DNA of 64,000 nt from NCBI GenBank assembly GCA_937625935.1, contig OW569371.1, positions 62,001 through 126,000 on the forward strand. The letters are read 5' to 3'. The translations under genes were made by a program, and so were the position numbers. Origin of the DNA: Tetramitus jugosus (Eukaryota > Protista > Heterolobosea). Below are positions 46,245 to 57,860 of the stretch, piece by piece. How positions within the stretch are numbered: position 1 is the stretch's first letter; every line of letters begins with the position of its first letter. The notes beneath the pieces are model-generated. The model searched no databases. It saw only the letters and a list, made by a program, of their open reading frames with translations, and was not told the origin of the DNA.

Positions 46245-46719
46245 AGATATTTTTGAGTTCGCTAGTGAAATTTTCATGCCATAAGACGCAAAAATGCAGA
46301 AAACAACGCAAACAATTCCATCCTCTCAGGAGGTTAGAGAGTATACCAAGGACGGGTACTCTGTCTGGACGAGAATGCCACGGGAGTTATGAACGAGAAA
46401 GAGGTAGTCATTAAAGGTGTAGAAAGAGAAAGGACTGCAAGCACAATTGCGAGGTCGATTGTGTTGTCAACAGTGCCAACATCTCTCTGTGTCGATCTCT
46501 CAGTGCAACTTGACCAGACGCTGTTCTTTTAGCCAATTGATCAAAGGGAACTTTGAATCCCATGGCTTCGGCACAAATCTTTATCGCAACACCCTCAATG
46601 GCCTGTGGTTTCGGCCCCGTGTTGATCCATTCTTTGGACGCGAGACGCACGAGACGAACAGTCACGCTCATCAACTCGTGCATCTGCAACTCTGTCATTA
46701 TTTAACTCTCAAATCCACT

Positions 46720-47652
46720 ATGAGGCATGAAGGGTGGTTGTTGAGAGTACTTGTCTCTTTTATCGCTTGGGTCAATGTAAAGGATGATAATTTGTATGAT
46801 TTTGTCGAACTCTTCAACGATGAGAATAACCACCATATGAGAGCAGAGGTGAAGAGAGGAATAGACAACGACAAGAAAGTCGTTGTCCACAACATCACCG
46901 GCAAAACAGAGAACGATATCAAATCTATGATCGGTAACGATAAGGTTAAGCACGTTGCCATCAATGGTAGCACAGCATTCGTTACCATGCAATCAAAGTC
47001 ATATGCTCAGGCAGTGATGGAATCTCTCGAAGTACCAAATGGATCTATCAGCAAGTATGTTGAAAGAACGGATGATACGAACAAGAAAACAAGAAAGAGG
47101 ATGCTCAAGATCAAAGATGAATTGGTCGACATGGTAAAGAGTCTAAGCAGTAAGGTTGAAGCATTAGAGAAGCAAATCAAGGAGCTTTCGATGGAAAGGA
47201 ACAAGAAGTCTAACCAAGGGCTTAGAAAGAGACACGTACCAACTAGAGAAACGAACATTGAGGGCAATGACACAGAAGAACAAAATCAGGAGGTAACAAA
47301 TCAGGAAGAAAAGTTCAATGGAATGGATATCAGTGATGATCCCACCGATGACCCATCACCATCAACACCCAACAGAACCAGTAACAGTAGCAACGCGACA
47401 GAGAGTGGGCTCAGCCCAGAAGCTGAAAGATTCATCACTAGCATGGTCAGAAACACCATACAAAAGGAAGTCTTGACTCCTAAGAATAACAACGGGAGAA
47501 GAGGAAGTAAATGGATGGATAGATACACGATCAAGAAAAGGAGAAGAACACCACCAAGACTAGGTAGAATGAGTGATATTGCTGTGGTAAATCCTAGAAT
47601 GGTAACCATGCAAACAACAACGGTGGATGAGGACAACAACAATCAGCTATGA
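46720..47652 (+). CDS. Retrotransposon ORF1 (RRM-like + coiled coil)
   Basis: KVVVHNI...AFVTMQSKSYAQAVMESL (RNP2/RNP1-like) and heptad LSSKVEALEKQIKEL. The frame is open from at least 46447, and its stop overlaps the ORF2 start (ATGA at 47649-47652). Confidence 0.65.
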   Translation: MRHEGWLLRVLVSFIAWVNVKDDNLYDFVELFNDENNHHMRAEVKRGIDNDKKVVVHNITGKTENDIKSMIGNDKVKHVAINGSTAFVTMQSKSYAQAVMESLEVPNGSISKYVERTDDTNKKTRKRMLKIKDELVDMVKSLSSKVEALEKQIKELSMERNKKSNQGLRKRHVPTRETNIEGNDTEEQNQEVTNQEEKFNGMDISDDPTDDPSPSTPNRTSNSSNATESGLSPEAERFITSMVRNTIQKEVLTPKNNNGRRGSKWMDRYTIKKRRRTPPRLGRMSDIAVVNPRMVTMQTTTVDEDNNNQL

Positions 47653-50468
47653 GTTTGACAATCCTGTGGTACAATGTCAATGGGATTAAAGGAAAGATCC
47701 ATGACATCGTTAAGGTTCTAGAGACAGAGAGTATTGATGTGATTATGATCCAGGAAGCAAGCAAAATGGACGAACACTTTTGTGAGAGGGTCAACAGAAT
47801 GCTGGAGAGAATTAATTGTGTCCTTTTGTGCGACACACCAAGTAAGTATGTAGCGACAATCATCAGGGTCTCTTCTGTGGACAGCTATGGAATCACTCAT
47901 TCCAGCGACAGAACAAGCACTGAGCATCAGCATAGGATCAACCAGTTACACACTACTCAATCATTATGGTCCACATATGAGGAGTGAGGAACATTACGAG
48001 AGACTCTCTTTTGTGTTGAACAGGATCAGCGTTGAAGGAAAAGTGTTAATGGGGGGAGACCATAACACAGTAATTGAAAAAACAGACAGGTCATCTGGTC
48101 GCCTGGATGGTAACAGCAAGCTATTTGAAATCGCAATGGATGCTTCTGCCCTACTTGATGTCCAAGATACACTCGGTCTTCCTAAAATTCACACATTCTT
48201 CCGAGAGTGTGGCTCATCAAGACTCGACACAATCTGGTGCAACAGGAAAGCTTTAGTTGACATCCAGAGAGTTGGAATCTACTCTCAGAACGGCATCAGA
48301 AGTGACCACTTACCAATTGAGGTAAAGCTGAAAGTAACCAGTGATGTCAGTAGGAGCCGAGGAACCATCCAGACAACTCATTGCTTCCCTAGCAAGAAGG
48401 AGGACCCAAAGTGGGCAAGATATGCGGAAGGACTGTTATACGATTTGAAAGCACTGAGTATCGCGGACATTGCTGACGTTAATGTGCAGTGCGATCTTAT
48501 TACCTCCACGATCATTAGTCACGCCCAATGCTTTCAGGTTAGAAAAGAGGAAAAGAGAGTGAGGGAGAATAGACGGACCAGACGGCTTATAAAGCACAGG
48601 GCAGTGCTGATAGATTCAATCACTAATTGCACGTTGTCGATCCCAAAGTTGGACCATCTCCTGAACAAGTATGGCTTACAAGGGGTCAGGTCAAGATCTA
48701 GTGTGTTAGCAGCACTTATGAAGGTTGACAAACTCTTACACACTGAGAGGCGTAGATCAAATGATCGCCAGTTCCGCAAGTGGCTGTGGAAGGCGAGTTG
48801 GTCCGGGAAGTTCCCGGCTGAGTGGAAAAGAAGTATCATCATCCCTGCTTACAAAAAAGGTGACAGCAGAAGACTTGACAATTATCGTCCGATAAGCCTG
48901 TTAAGCTCTCTGTCAAAATTTTACACGAGACTACTCAACAAGAGAGTCTCGTTGGCTGCTGACAATTGTGAAGTCTTTAATGAGACACAAGGAGGTGGAC
49001 GCAGCCTGAGGGATATTAGGGAAAAGCTGTCAATAATTAGAGGAATTGTTGATGATGCGAATAGGAGGCAGAGACAGTTATACCTTTTATTAACAGACAT
49101 CTCGAAGGCTTTTGATTCAGTCCCGCATAACGCAATACGTGCTGTCTACGACTTTTTCGGCTACCCAGACAACATCACCAATTTAGTCACTGATATGGTG
49201 TCGAACAACGAGGCTCAAGTATTAGCAGGACAGCTCTCTAGACGCTTCAAGATCAACAAGGGCACGAGACAAGGGGACTCATTGTCCCCCACTACATATA
49301 TATTGGTGCACCAAACAGTCCTCATGTTTGCGCAACGAAGAGCTATTGGATATCAGGCACTCTCTCAAAGGATCTGGAACATTGCGTATGTTGACGACTG
49401 CAACATTGTTTCAGAATCCAAAGAAGATATAGAACGCATTGCCAATGATATGAGTGGGGTGTTGCAGATGTTGCGGATGAAGATGCACCCCAACAAGCTC
49501 GAACTCTTTGTCAGAAGGCCAGGAGACGATATTGTAGAGCACGACATAATGGTAGCTAACTCCAGAGTGCCTGCCAAAGGTCGGACCACAGAGTTGCTGA
49601 AGTCAAACACTCTTTCATGAAATGGTGCGCAATGCGGCTGCACGAGAAGGGAATCATCATCACTGATGACTCACATAGCCGCTGTGAAGGGTGCAAATTA
49701 TCAAATTACTTCTCAGCTAGGTCTCTCAGACTACTCAGCAGTGCTGGGTTGTATCAAAGACAACAACTACTTAATGAGGGTAGACTCCGGAGCTTCGAGT
49801 CACTAAAGGCCGAGGTTGGCAAGGGTTTTGGACCAAAAACATACCAAGAAGTAGCCTTCGCGGTGATGGTAATGCCGGAGTGCAGGAATATGGAGCTGCA
49901 TAAAACGAAGGGGTTCATACATACCATCAGATTCAATGGTAAGTATGCGAGGGGAAAAGAAGATCTGAAGGAGTTGTTCCTTCAGGAACGTAAGGCGTTC
50001 ATCAGTCGGAATTCGCAATGGTGGCTGCAGGTCGCTGCAATGGAACATGAGAATCAGTTCGACTTTCTCAGGAATCCGTTTGTTGTTGATCGTCAAATGG
50101 AGTGGTTCCACGCCCAAGTACGTAGTGGTACGTTACATACCAGAGTGGTATGTAACTATTTGTACGATGGTGAAGGCCCCAATCTATGCCCGAGATGCGG
50201 TACTGAACCTGATACAATCCTCCACTGTCTTGTCAGATGTCGGTATGCAATTGACGCCAGAAGAAGGCTTGTCGTGGAAGTCTACAACAAGTCGCTCAAA
50301 CTTCCATTGCATCGAGAGTCCGCCATCACATTATGGTTTGACAAAGTGCTGTTCAGAAACGGATTCATGTGGCCCATGCCGAGGAAGTCGAGCAGGGAGT
50401 ACCTCATGGGAATGATGGGATTAGAAAACGAAGCTGTCGACCAGGTGATGGATCGAAAAATGGGATGA
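47649..50468 (+). pseudogene. Retrotransposon ORF2 (APE endonuclease, reverse transcriptase, CCHC finger), frameshifted and internally deleted
   Basis: APE: WYNVNG, IQE, NHYGP, GGDHN, SRLD, SDHLPI. RT: NYRPISLLS, DISKAFDSV, GTRQGDSLSP, YVDD. C-terminal CPRCGTEPDTILHCLVRC. Frame breaks near 47915 and 49600. Confidence 0.88.
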
Positions 50469-50969
50469 AACAGGAAGTAGCGCAGCGAAAGGCCCGTGGT
50501 TTTGTGTGTTGGGTGAAGAGTCGCTGCATCACAGTGCTGCACAGACTCTACCAGCAATCAAAGAAAGAGGAGACGCTCTTCGAGCGTCACAAGACGATCT
50601 GGGAAACTACAAGAAAGAAGGACAGAGTAATAAAGAGCAACCGCGTGTTGTATTTTAAAAAAAAAAAAAACATGCCTTAAGACGCACTTCACTTGATTAT
50701 GGCTCTGATAGTGTATAGAATAAAGTGGCAACACAGGTTTTCCGGAAAAAAATTGCCAGATAAGATGGGATTGATATTATTACAAGAAGGATTCATGCAT
50801 TAAAAAAAGTGCAAATGTGTTTTATTTGTGATGCGATGTTTACTTGAAGGAAAGTCAAAAAAACAATATTCATCAAACATAAATCTGTGGGACCCACCTA
50901 TTTGTCATCTTTATTGGAAAGTGGAGGCAACCACTCTCCATTTTTCCTCCTGATTCATATTTACCACAA

Positions 50970-53357
50970 TCATGGGAATATCTCAAACTCACAATTTTCG
51001 CCCCCACAGACCCCCCACACAACGGGAACAAAAAAATTATTCTCCCATTTTTTCAGAGGGTTGGAAGGTACAACACCCAATTCTCGCCCATTCACAGTGA
51101 AGGATAATTCTCTATTTTTTAGATTCACAGTAATGACTGTACCCTCTGCGTTTGCAGACTGGTCACTGTAACTTGTGAACTCCCATCCTAAAATCAGGCG
51201 GCCACTGTCGCAATCAAAATACCATCCGCCGCCCTCTCGATCAGAAACCAATTTCACTCCAATCCTCAGACCAGTCCAACAGGTCAACAAACGAATAGAA
51301 AATTGATCGACTATCGTAGAACCAAATACGGAAAAACTTTGTTTGTATCCTCCATTCTTGAAGCGCTTATTGCCGTTGGTAAAAGTGCCTACGTGACTGT
51401 CAGGGACAAAGTAGGATGGAATCAAACAACCAGTGCAACCCGAGGTGTTTGCCTCAAAAAGATAAGCATTTTCAATATTAGCCCCAGTTAGGTTGCTATT
51501 TGTCAAGACAGAATAGGCCAGGTTTGTGTATACTAATTTAGTATTGACAAATATTGCCCCTGAACAATTTGACCTGCTCAAATTCAATCCACTCAAATCA
51601 CAGTTGGAAAAGTCCATATTCTCCAAATCTAATATGGGTGTGTTTTCTTTCCTTGCTACGTCAATCACTTGTTGGACTGTCAATTTCACTTGCGATAATG
51701 TTGTGTTTATCATCTTGGTTAACGGGAGTTGACAATTGTCAAGCTTTGCACCAGTCAAATCACATTGATCAAACGTGGTATCCTTTAGAATACAACCAGA
51801 TAAATCACAATTGTTCAAATTACATTGAGTAAGAGATAAACCAGAAATATCAATGTTAGAAAGATTATAGCCAACTAAACTAAGCTTACACAGTCGACCT
51901 CTGGAAGCTATCAGAGCTACGACCTGATCTCTTGTCAAATTAGTGTTAGTTAGATCACAAGATGCCAAATTCATGGTTCTAACATCTACATTTGACAAGT
52001 CAGTAGATGTGAAATTGCATCCGTCAAAGGTTGCTTCTCCGATATTTACATTGGACAAATCAGCAGATAAGAAGTTGCAGCCATCAAATTTGCTTTGTGA
52101 TATCTTAGCATCAGATAGATTCGCACTACTAAAATTTGTCTTGATGGTCAGGCATCCGGTTAGATCTGCTCCATGAAGGTTTGCCCCGCTTAGATTGGTG
52201 TTCATAAGCTTACATTTGGATAAGTCACAATCAATCAATGAGAATTTGGAGAGATCTAATCCGGATAAATTTAACCCACTCAAATTCCATGAGTTAAGAA
52301 AGAGAGGCAAGTTCTGTTTCTGTTCATTGTACAAGTGATTGAATTCACTTTGAGTCAACACCTGTTTCTGAGCCTTAATTGGTTCAAATTGAAACAGTTC
52401 TGCGACCTTGCTTAAATGATTGACATCCCCAGGGTCCACTCTGTCATACACAAGCCAATTCAAAAGAATAGTGAAGTGACAAGGATCGCAATCAATAAAG
52501 TATCTTCCATCTTTGCCTTGGTGGATTGGATGCTCTCCAGTGAACATTTTGGAAAGAAGCGAGTTTTTCTTTGTCAGTGTTCCGTATCCTACAGTCATCA
52601 TCTGGCCGCGAACATTGATATCTACAGGATCAGTTTCTTTTAAATGTTGGCCGAAAACGTTCTTTCTTTTTTCAAATTGGTTTCGTTCTTCTTCCAATTT
52701 CTTACGCTCCGTTTCCAGTTGACTCTTTTCCTTCTGAATCTCCTTCTTCAAAGTCTGAGCTTCTTTGGTTCTCCATTCTTCAATCTCCTTGAGCATTTTC
52801 TGCTTCTCAGCCTTCATTTCTTGTTCCATTTCTATTCTCTTCTGGTTCAATTCAATTTTTGCATCCACTATTGAGAACAAAACAGGTGTAAATGTACGGC
52901 AACAACACATGTAGGCAACCTCAGATTAATCTAAGACATACATAATGGACAACTCTTTGTTGAGTGATCATCCAAACTACCTCTTGCTACTGATCCTTTA
53001 CAAGTGGAACAAATCACTTGTAACTCATCCAAAGTGTTTCGAAGCATTCGAAACGCAGGCATCAGATCACTCACAACCATGTCAGCTCGACAATTTGGAC
53101 ACGTGTGAAATCCTTCAATACAAGATCGACAAAACAGTTCTTCACAAGCTTTATGCATCAATGCGTCTTCTAGTGGTAGAAAACAAATCTTACACTTTAA
53201 ATGCTCAGGAATAGAGTCTTCATTCACATATGTGAATTGGGTACTTCTTGGAGGCTGAAAAACCGTTAGCACAAAAAAGAGTCCTAGAAGTTTTGTTTTC
53301 AAAGATAACACTTACCCTATTAGGATTGGCATTTGTGGTACTAGCAGATGACTTCAT
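50970..53357 (-). CDS. RING + TRAF-type Zn finger + coiled coil + KCTD-type BTB + pentapeptide repeats + SPRY-like protein; introns 53255-53315 and 52868-52941
   Basis: Splicing joins MKSSASTTNANPNR|PPRSTQF...CKICFLPLEDALMHKACEELFCRSCI...CPNCR...CSTC...HSTKSCPL|LDAKIE in frame. BTB INVRG...YFIDCDPCHFTILLNWL; many A(N/D)L(S/T)x pentapeptides; C-terminal GTVITVNL...LSFTVNGRELG. Confidence 0.82.
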
Positions 53358-53764
53358 TGGTTGTTCTTTTTACTTTTGTGATGGTGTCAATACCTGAGAA
53401 AAACTCCGAAATATCCAGTTGACTGCAACGAGTTCCTTGACGCATCCAGCTGTCAAGACATACTTGCCTGATATCTACAGATCTACGATAAAGATGAGGG
53501 AAGATTGGATAAAAATATCCAACACATACGGCAATAAAGATTTTTTGCCCAGAACTTTTATTGCTCCTTTCCAATTCGATACGCACTAGTTTCCGTTTGA
53601 AATCAACGCTCGGGTTGATCTTTGTTTGATCAAATTATCAAGTCTCAGTTGTATATGTTGGTTAACCTATTTATTGTACAAGCTCCACCCATGTGTTGTC
53701 TCAATGCATATTCAGCTGAAACATGTGGAATGGAATGTTTTTTTGTTCGAAGGTGATCTTCTTC

Positions 53765-54163
53765 TTATTGTGAGCTTCGTCTAATGTCTCGCAGCACAAA
53801 CTGACCCGTAATTCCGACAACGTACAGAATCAGCGCGCGACTCACAAAATAAACGACACTCTCCAAAAAGGATCGCAAAGGTGCAAAATAGTGAAGAATG
53901 ACCTCTGAGAACTTCATATCGTTCCAATTGTGAACAAAGTCACGTCCAGCCTGTGAAAACAACAAAAAGTAAGCACAACAGAGAACGAGAAGTGTTGCCA
54001 GGGAAGTGATCATGACACCAATGAGAGCTATTCTCTGATTTGGATTTGTTCTCTTTTTCATGAGACTACTATTATTGTTGTTATTGTGGTTGTTGGTGGA
54101 TGTGTTTAGCTGTGAGAGCTTTTGTTGTTGTTGTTGTTGAGGTATCGTTGTGTTAGCTTTCAT
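53765..54163 (-). CDS. Small two-TM hypothetical membrane protein
   Basis: Q/N-rich N-terminus followed by two hydrophobic helices; CAA-rich leader. Confidence 0.55.
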   Translation of the reverse strand: MKANTTIPQQQQQQKLSQLNTSTNNHNNNNNSSLMKKRTNPNQRIALIGVMITSLATLLVLCCAYFLLFSQAGRDFVHNWNDMKFSEVILHYFAPLRSFLESVVYFVSRALILYVVGITGQFVLRDIRRSSQ

Positions 54164-54632
54164 TGTTGTTGCTGTTGTTTTATTCGTATTTGTGGTGAGA
54201 GAGCTCTTTGAGTAGAAGAGAAGATGGAAGTGTTTATTGTGCAGTTGGTTGGTTGTGTTATGCTGGTGATGGAGCAGAAACTTGCACAAAACTGACGAAC
54301 GTGCAGGCATTCATTCTCAGGGGTGTCATATTCTGAGGTTTTTGACCCAAAAAAAGAACGATCATGTTTCTTCATCGGACTGTTCGATCGCATCAAATTT
54401 GCGAAAAGAACAAAGGAACATAAATGAAGGAACTTTGTTCAATTCCTTCCGACAGTAAAAAGGCGTTTTTTTGCTTGGATGAGCGTTTACGGTGGCTGTA
54501 CGACGCAGAGTTTTCCCCAGTAGTACCTCACACAGAGTTTCGAGGTGTGGAAGTTGCTGCGAACTGTACAGGTCTATTCGTGTTGTCAAACCTGGAGTCT
54601 TCCAACACACGAAACACTTGAAGAAAAAAAGC

Positions 54633-55622
54633 ATGCAACCAGCATCAACGAGTGGGAACTTCTGTCCTGATTCCATTCTGGTCGATCTTCAGACACCTTC
54701 CAGTGTAAATGACTTGAAACGTCGAATGATATCCTCAGTTCCAAACCCTCCTGCTGCTTGGATCTCCCATCCGTTGTTTTCTATACCTTCACCGAATTCA
54801 ACCATTCAAAAATCATTTGTAACTGTTGTAGAACCGGGTCAACCCTTTCGTTTGTCCATTCACAATCTGACAAATACAACAATATCGGTCAGCGGACAGA
54901 TTGATGGTCATGAGATGATACAAAAGGAGATTGGAACTTCCAAGTCTCATGTTACCAATAGAAAGAAGCGTGTGTTTAGAGGGTTCGAGAAGAATAAGAA
55001 AATTTATGAGTTTGTGTTTGCAAGGACACCAGTCGGTGATCACGCTTCGACTTCTGAACAAGACAATACTCAGTCAACAACGGATACAGTGACAAGTACT
55101 AGTAGTGACAACAACACCAGCGCTATTGGTACTATTGTCTTACAGTTTTACAAGTCGAGTCTGGTGCAGAAACAGTGGAAGGGTGATAGAAAGTTCAAGA
55201 TTGAGCATGCTCGAGGCAGTTCTTCGTCATCGTCAGGTCTAGGAAAGCACTGTCCCAAGATTTCAGAGTCTGACTCCAAGCAGATGGGAGTGATAACGAA
55301 GCCTGGAAGAGTAACACGAGTCAAGGACTCTGGCACGATTCGATTTTACCAGAGTGAGAAGTATCCATTTAGAATTGTGTATATTCGATATGTGGATGAA
55401 GTAGGTTATGCTCAGTTGCGCAGAGATCCGGCGTACAATCTTCCTCAGATCTCAAACAACCATTTCAATCTCCAACCTCCCAGACGCTCGAGTAGCAATG
55501 GAAAACAAAACACTGAAGTGATCAAGATTGAAGATGAACGATCCTCGCAGTCAACTGCGACTCGAAGCGGATCGAACGACAACAACACTTTCATCGACCT
55601 TACGCAAGATGATGAGTTGTGA
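54633..55622 (+). CDS. Hypothetical beta-rich protein
   Basis: Open 329-codon frame with pattern EPGQPFRLSIHN...IDG...FRGF...FVF...IGTIVLQF...YIRY; no confident family. Confidence 0.6.
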   Translation: MQPASTSGNFCPDSILVDLQTPSSVNDLKRRMISSVPNPPAAWISHPLFSIPSPNSTIQKSFVTVVEPGQPFRLSIHNLTNTTISVSGQIDGHEMIQKEIGTSKSHVTNRKKRVFRGFEKNKKIYEFVFARTPVGDHASTSEQDNTQSTTDTVTSTSSDNNTSAIGTIVLQFYKSSLVQKQWKGDRKFKIEHARGSSSSSSGLGKHCPKISESDSKQMGVITKPGRVTRVKDSGTIRFYQSEKYPFRIVYIRYVDEVGYAQLRRDPAYNLPQISNNHFNLQPPRRSSSNGKQNTEVIKIEDERSSQSTATRSGSNDNNTFIDLTQDDEL

Positions 55623-55650
55623 AAGTCGACATATTTTATTCTTCAGTTTT

Positions 55651-57543
55651 TTACATTCCAAAGTGAGCCGTTATCTTGTTTGATTCAAAGTATATGAACA
55701 CGCAGGCATAAACAATCTTCATCATACTTGGAGCCTTGACCGATGTACCAATCACTGTGTCATTCAAACGGAATGTGATTACATCCCGGTCAAAGTCTAC
55801 TGTAATGTGAACGTGATCTCCTTGCTTTGCACCATAGGCACTCACTTGCTTGCTCACATTGTATGCATAGCCACTCATTCCGAGCCCACTGCACGATTTG
55901 TAACCGTCGCTTGGATGATGAGGATCACTCACGACTCCAATCACCATTCCCGAGCGATCACTATTAATTTTGTCTACACTGATTGACCAAGTGTTCAATC
56001 CACTGGTAAATGCCTTGTCGCTCATCATAACCATGTTCCATCCACTATTCTTTACTTTTTCTACGCTTGATCCTCCATTGGATAGAACAAAGTCTGCACT
56101 TCCATGATTGTTGGCCCATCGGAATTGTGCCTTGCTCTCTCGCGATTGATAACTAATATCTGTGCTCTGTTCTTTTTGGAATGCCAGTGGATATGCCTTG
56201 TATTCCATGAGTTGCGTGTACTTGTCTTGACTCACAAGTCCACTTGGTTTCACAACAGTCAACAAATCGTGTGCCTTGATGAGTGGCAATCGTACAAAAC
56301 TCAACACATATTCTATATCTACAGTATTGTTGTGCATGTGTTGACTGCTCAATGAACCAGGATAAAAGTAGTTGTGTCTTCTGGAGTTGACACTGGAACT
56401 ACTGCTGTGATTCAGGTGATCTTCTCCATTGTCGTTATTATTGTTCATTGTTGAATCCAATTGATTGCCACTACTCGATTCATCATCATCACCACCTGTC
56501 ACCATCATCATTGTTTGACGACTCGTACTACTACTACTGCTAATGTTGCTACCAATCGAATCATTGGCAGCTCCAGCGGTCAATGTTGCTACTGTACTGG
56601 TTGTTGTTCCCATTCCGTCCTCTTCATCATCATCATCATGATTGTTATCCTCTCGATCAACACTATCATGAGTAGTAGCTGTCGTCGTAGAATTAGAATT
56701 GTGCTTTGCCTTCTTGTTCATTCGTGTAATCGTAGGCGATGATCGAGAATGCTGCAGTGATGATCCACTTGTTGCCATTGGTGGTTGATCCTTCATCTTG
56801 TGCATGTACCACCGATACACTGCCTGAAAAATTTCAATCTCCGGAACACTCAAATCCTGTCTCTGCAACAACATGATCAACGCCTCTTGTGACAAATTCA
56901 AAAATCCATCCGTCTTAAAAATCTCATTCGCATGATCCACAATAAACAGTGCACACTGCTCACACAAATCACTCTCATAGTACAGTGAACTCAACTCCAA
57001 CAAATCACAACAATTTTCAAAATTGACTTCTTCCTTGACATATCTCGCACACAATTTTTTCAAATCATTGACTGCAAATTCATCTGCTATACTCATCAAT
57101 GGAATTGCAGTTTTTCCATCAATTTGACAAACATTGGTATAAATGTAGTCCAACAATAGTTCCATGACAAATAATGGATGCTCAAAATAAATGTCCATCT
57201 TGGAGTCATTGTGTGGATTGGCAACGTTTTCTCTCATGGCACAACCATAAAACATTTTGTAAAAAACTTCACTTCTTGCTGCGAGAAACAGTTTGTGAAC
57301 ATGAAATGTTTTGAGTGGTTGTGGAGGTGCTAATTGTGCTTCTTCTTCTTCATTATGTGTAGTAGTTGTGTTGTTGTTGTTATTGTTGGTGAGTGCTTGA
57401 TGAGAAGAAGAAGAAGCAGTTGATAAGGGAGAGCTATTGGGTTCGACAATGTGTAATCGAAGATCAGATGTGAGTTCATCATTGTAGAAACGCTTGAGGT
57501 TGAACACGTTTCGTGTGGGTTGATTCATTGGTGTAGTTGACAT
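55651..57543 (-). CDS. BTB/POZ-BACK protein with C-terminal SPRY-like domain
   Basis: FHVHKLFLAARSEVFYKMF; BACK FLNLSQEAL...EIEIFQAVYRW and VRLPLI; SPRY-like MVIGV...GDHVHITVDFD...FRLN. Confidence 0.87.
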   Translation of the reverse strand: MSTTPMNQPTRNVFNLKRFYNDELTSDLRLHIVEPNSSPLSTASSSSHQALTNNNNNNTTTTHNEEEEAQLAPPQPLKTFHVHKLFLAARSEVFYKMFYGCAMRENVANPHNDSKMDIYFEHPLFVMELLLDYIYTNVCQIDGKTAIPLMSIADEFAVNDLKKLCARYVKEEVNFENCCDLLELSSLYYESDLCEQCALFIVDHANEIFKTDGFLNLSQEALIMLLQRQDLSVPEIEIFQAVYRWYMHKMKDQPPMATSGSSLQHSRSSPTITRMNKKAKHNSNSTTTATTHDSVDREDNNHDDDDEEDGMGTTTSTVATLTAGAANDSIGSNISSSSSTSRQTMMMVTGGDDDESSSGNQLDSTMNNNNDNGEDHLNHSSSSSVNSRRHNYFYPGSLSSQHMHNNTVDIEYVLSFVRLPLIKAHDLLTVVKPSGLVSQDKYTQLMEYKAYPLAFQKEQSTDISYQSRESKAQFRWANNHGSADFVLSNGGSSVEKVKNSGWNMVMMSDKAFTSGLNTWSISVDKINSDRSGMVIGVVSDPHHPSDGYKSCSGLGMSGYAYNVSKQVSAYGAKQGDHVHITVDFDRDVITFRLNDTVIGTSVKAPSMMKIVYACVFIYFESNKITAHFGM

Positions 57544-57860
57544 GAATATATAAATGTTTGTGTTGTTGTTGTTGTTGTTTGATACTGGTATGTGAATCGG
57601 TTTTTTGGCTGTTGCTTCGGAGGAACGTTCGAAAATAAAGGTCTGTTTTGTTGGGCCTGAGAGCTGTGTTCTTGTGCGCTCTTTTTTATTTTTAGGTTTC
57701 TGTGGACGGCGTTGGGCTTGGGCTTTCCGACTACGACGGATGATGGTGTTGCAGAAGAGCGATTTTATCGATAAAATTCCGGTCAGGAACGATAGTCGTT
57801 ACGTTGAACAAAAATCTCATTCATCAATTCTTCGGTAGTACACTAAGTGCCTCTCCATTC

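Larger units (their letters stand above)
46291..50670 (+). mobile_element. Non-LTR retrotransposon (ORF1 + APE-RT-CCHC ORF2), degenerate, inserted 46 bp upstream of tRNA-Glu
   Basis: 16-bp TSD: CATGCCATAAGACGCA (46275-46290) and CATGCCTTAAGACGCA (50671-50686), one mismatch. A14 tail at 50657-50670. APE, RT and CCHC motifs lie inside. Confidence 0.93.

Noticed and set aside
53460-53550. ATACTTGCCTG resembling the U1 snRNA 5' end, followed by Sm-like GATTTTTTG
   Set aside because: It has a mismatch in the invariant ACTTACCTG, no AUUGCAC loop and no convincing U1 stem-loops. An Infernal U1 search would settle it.
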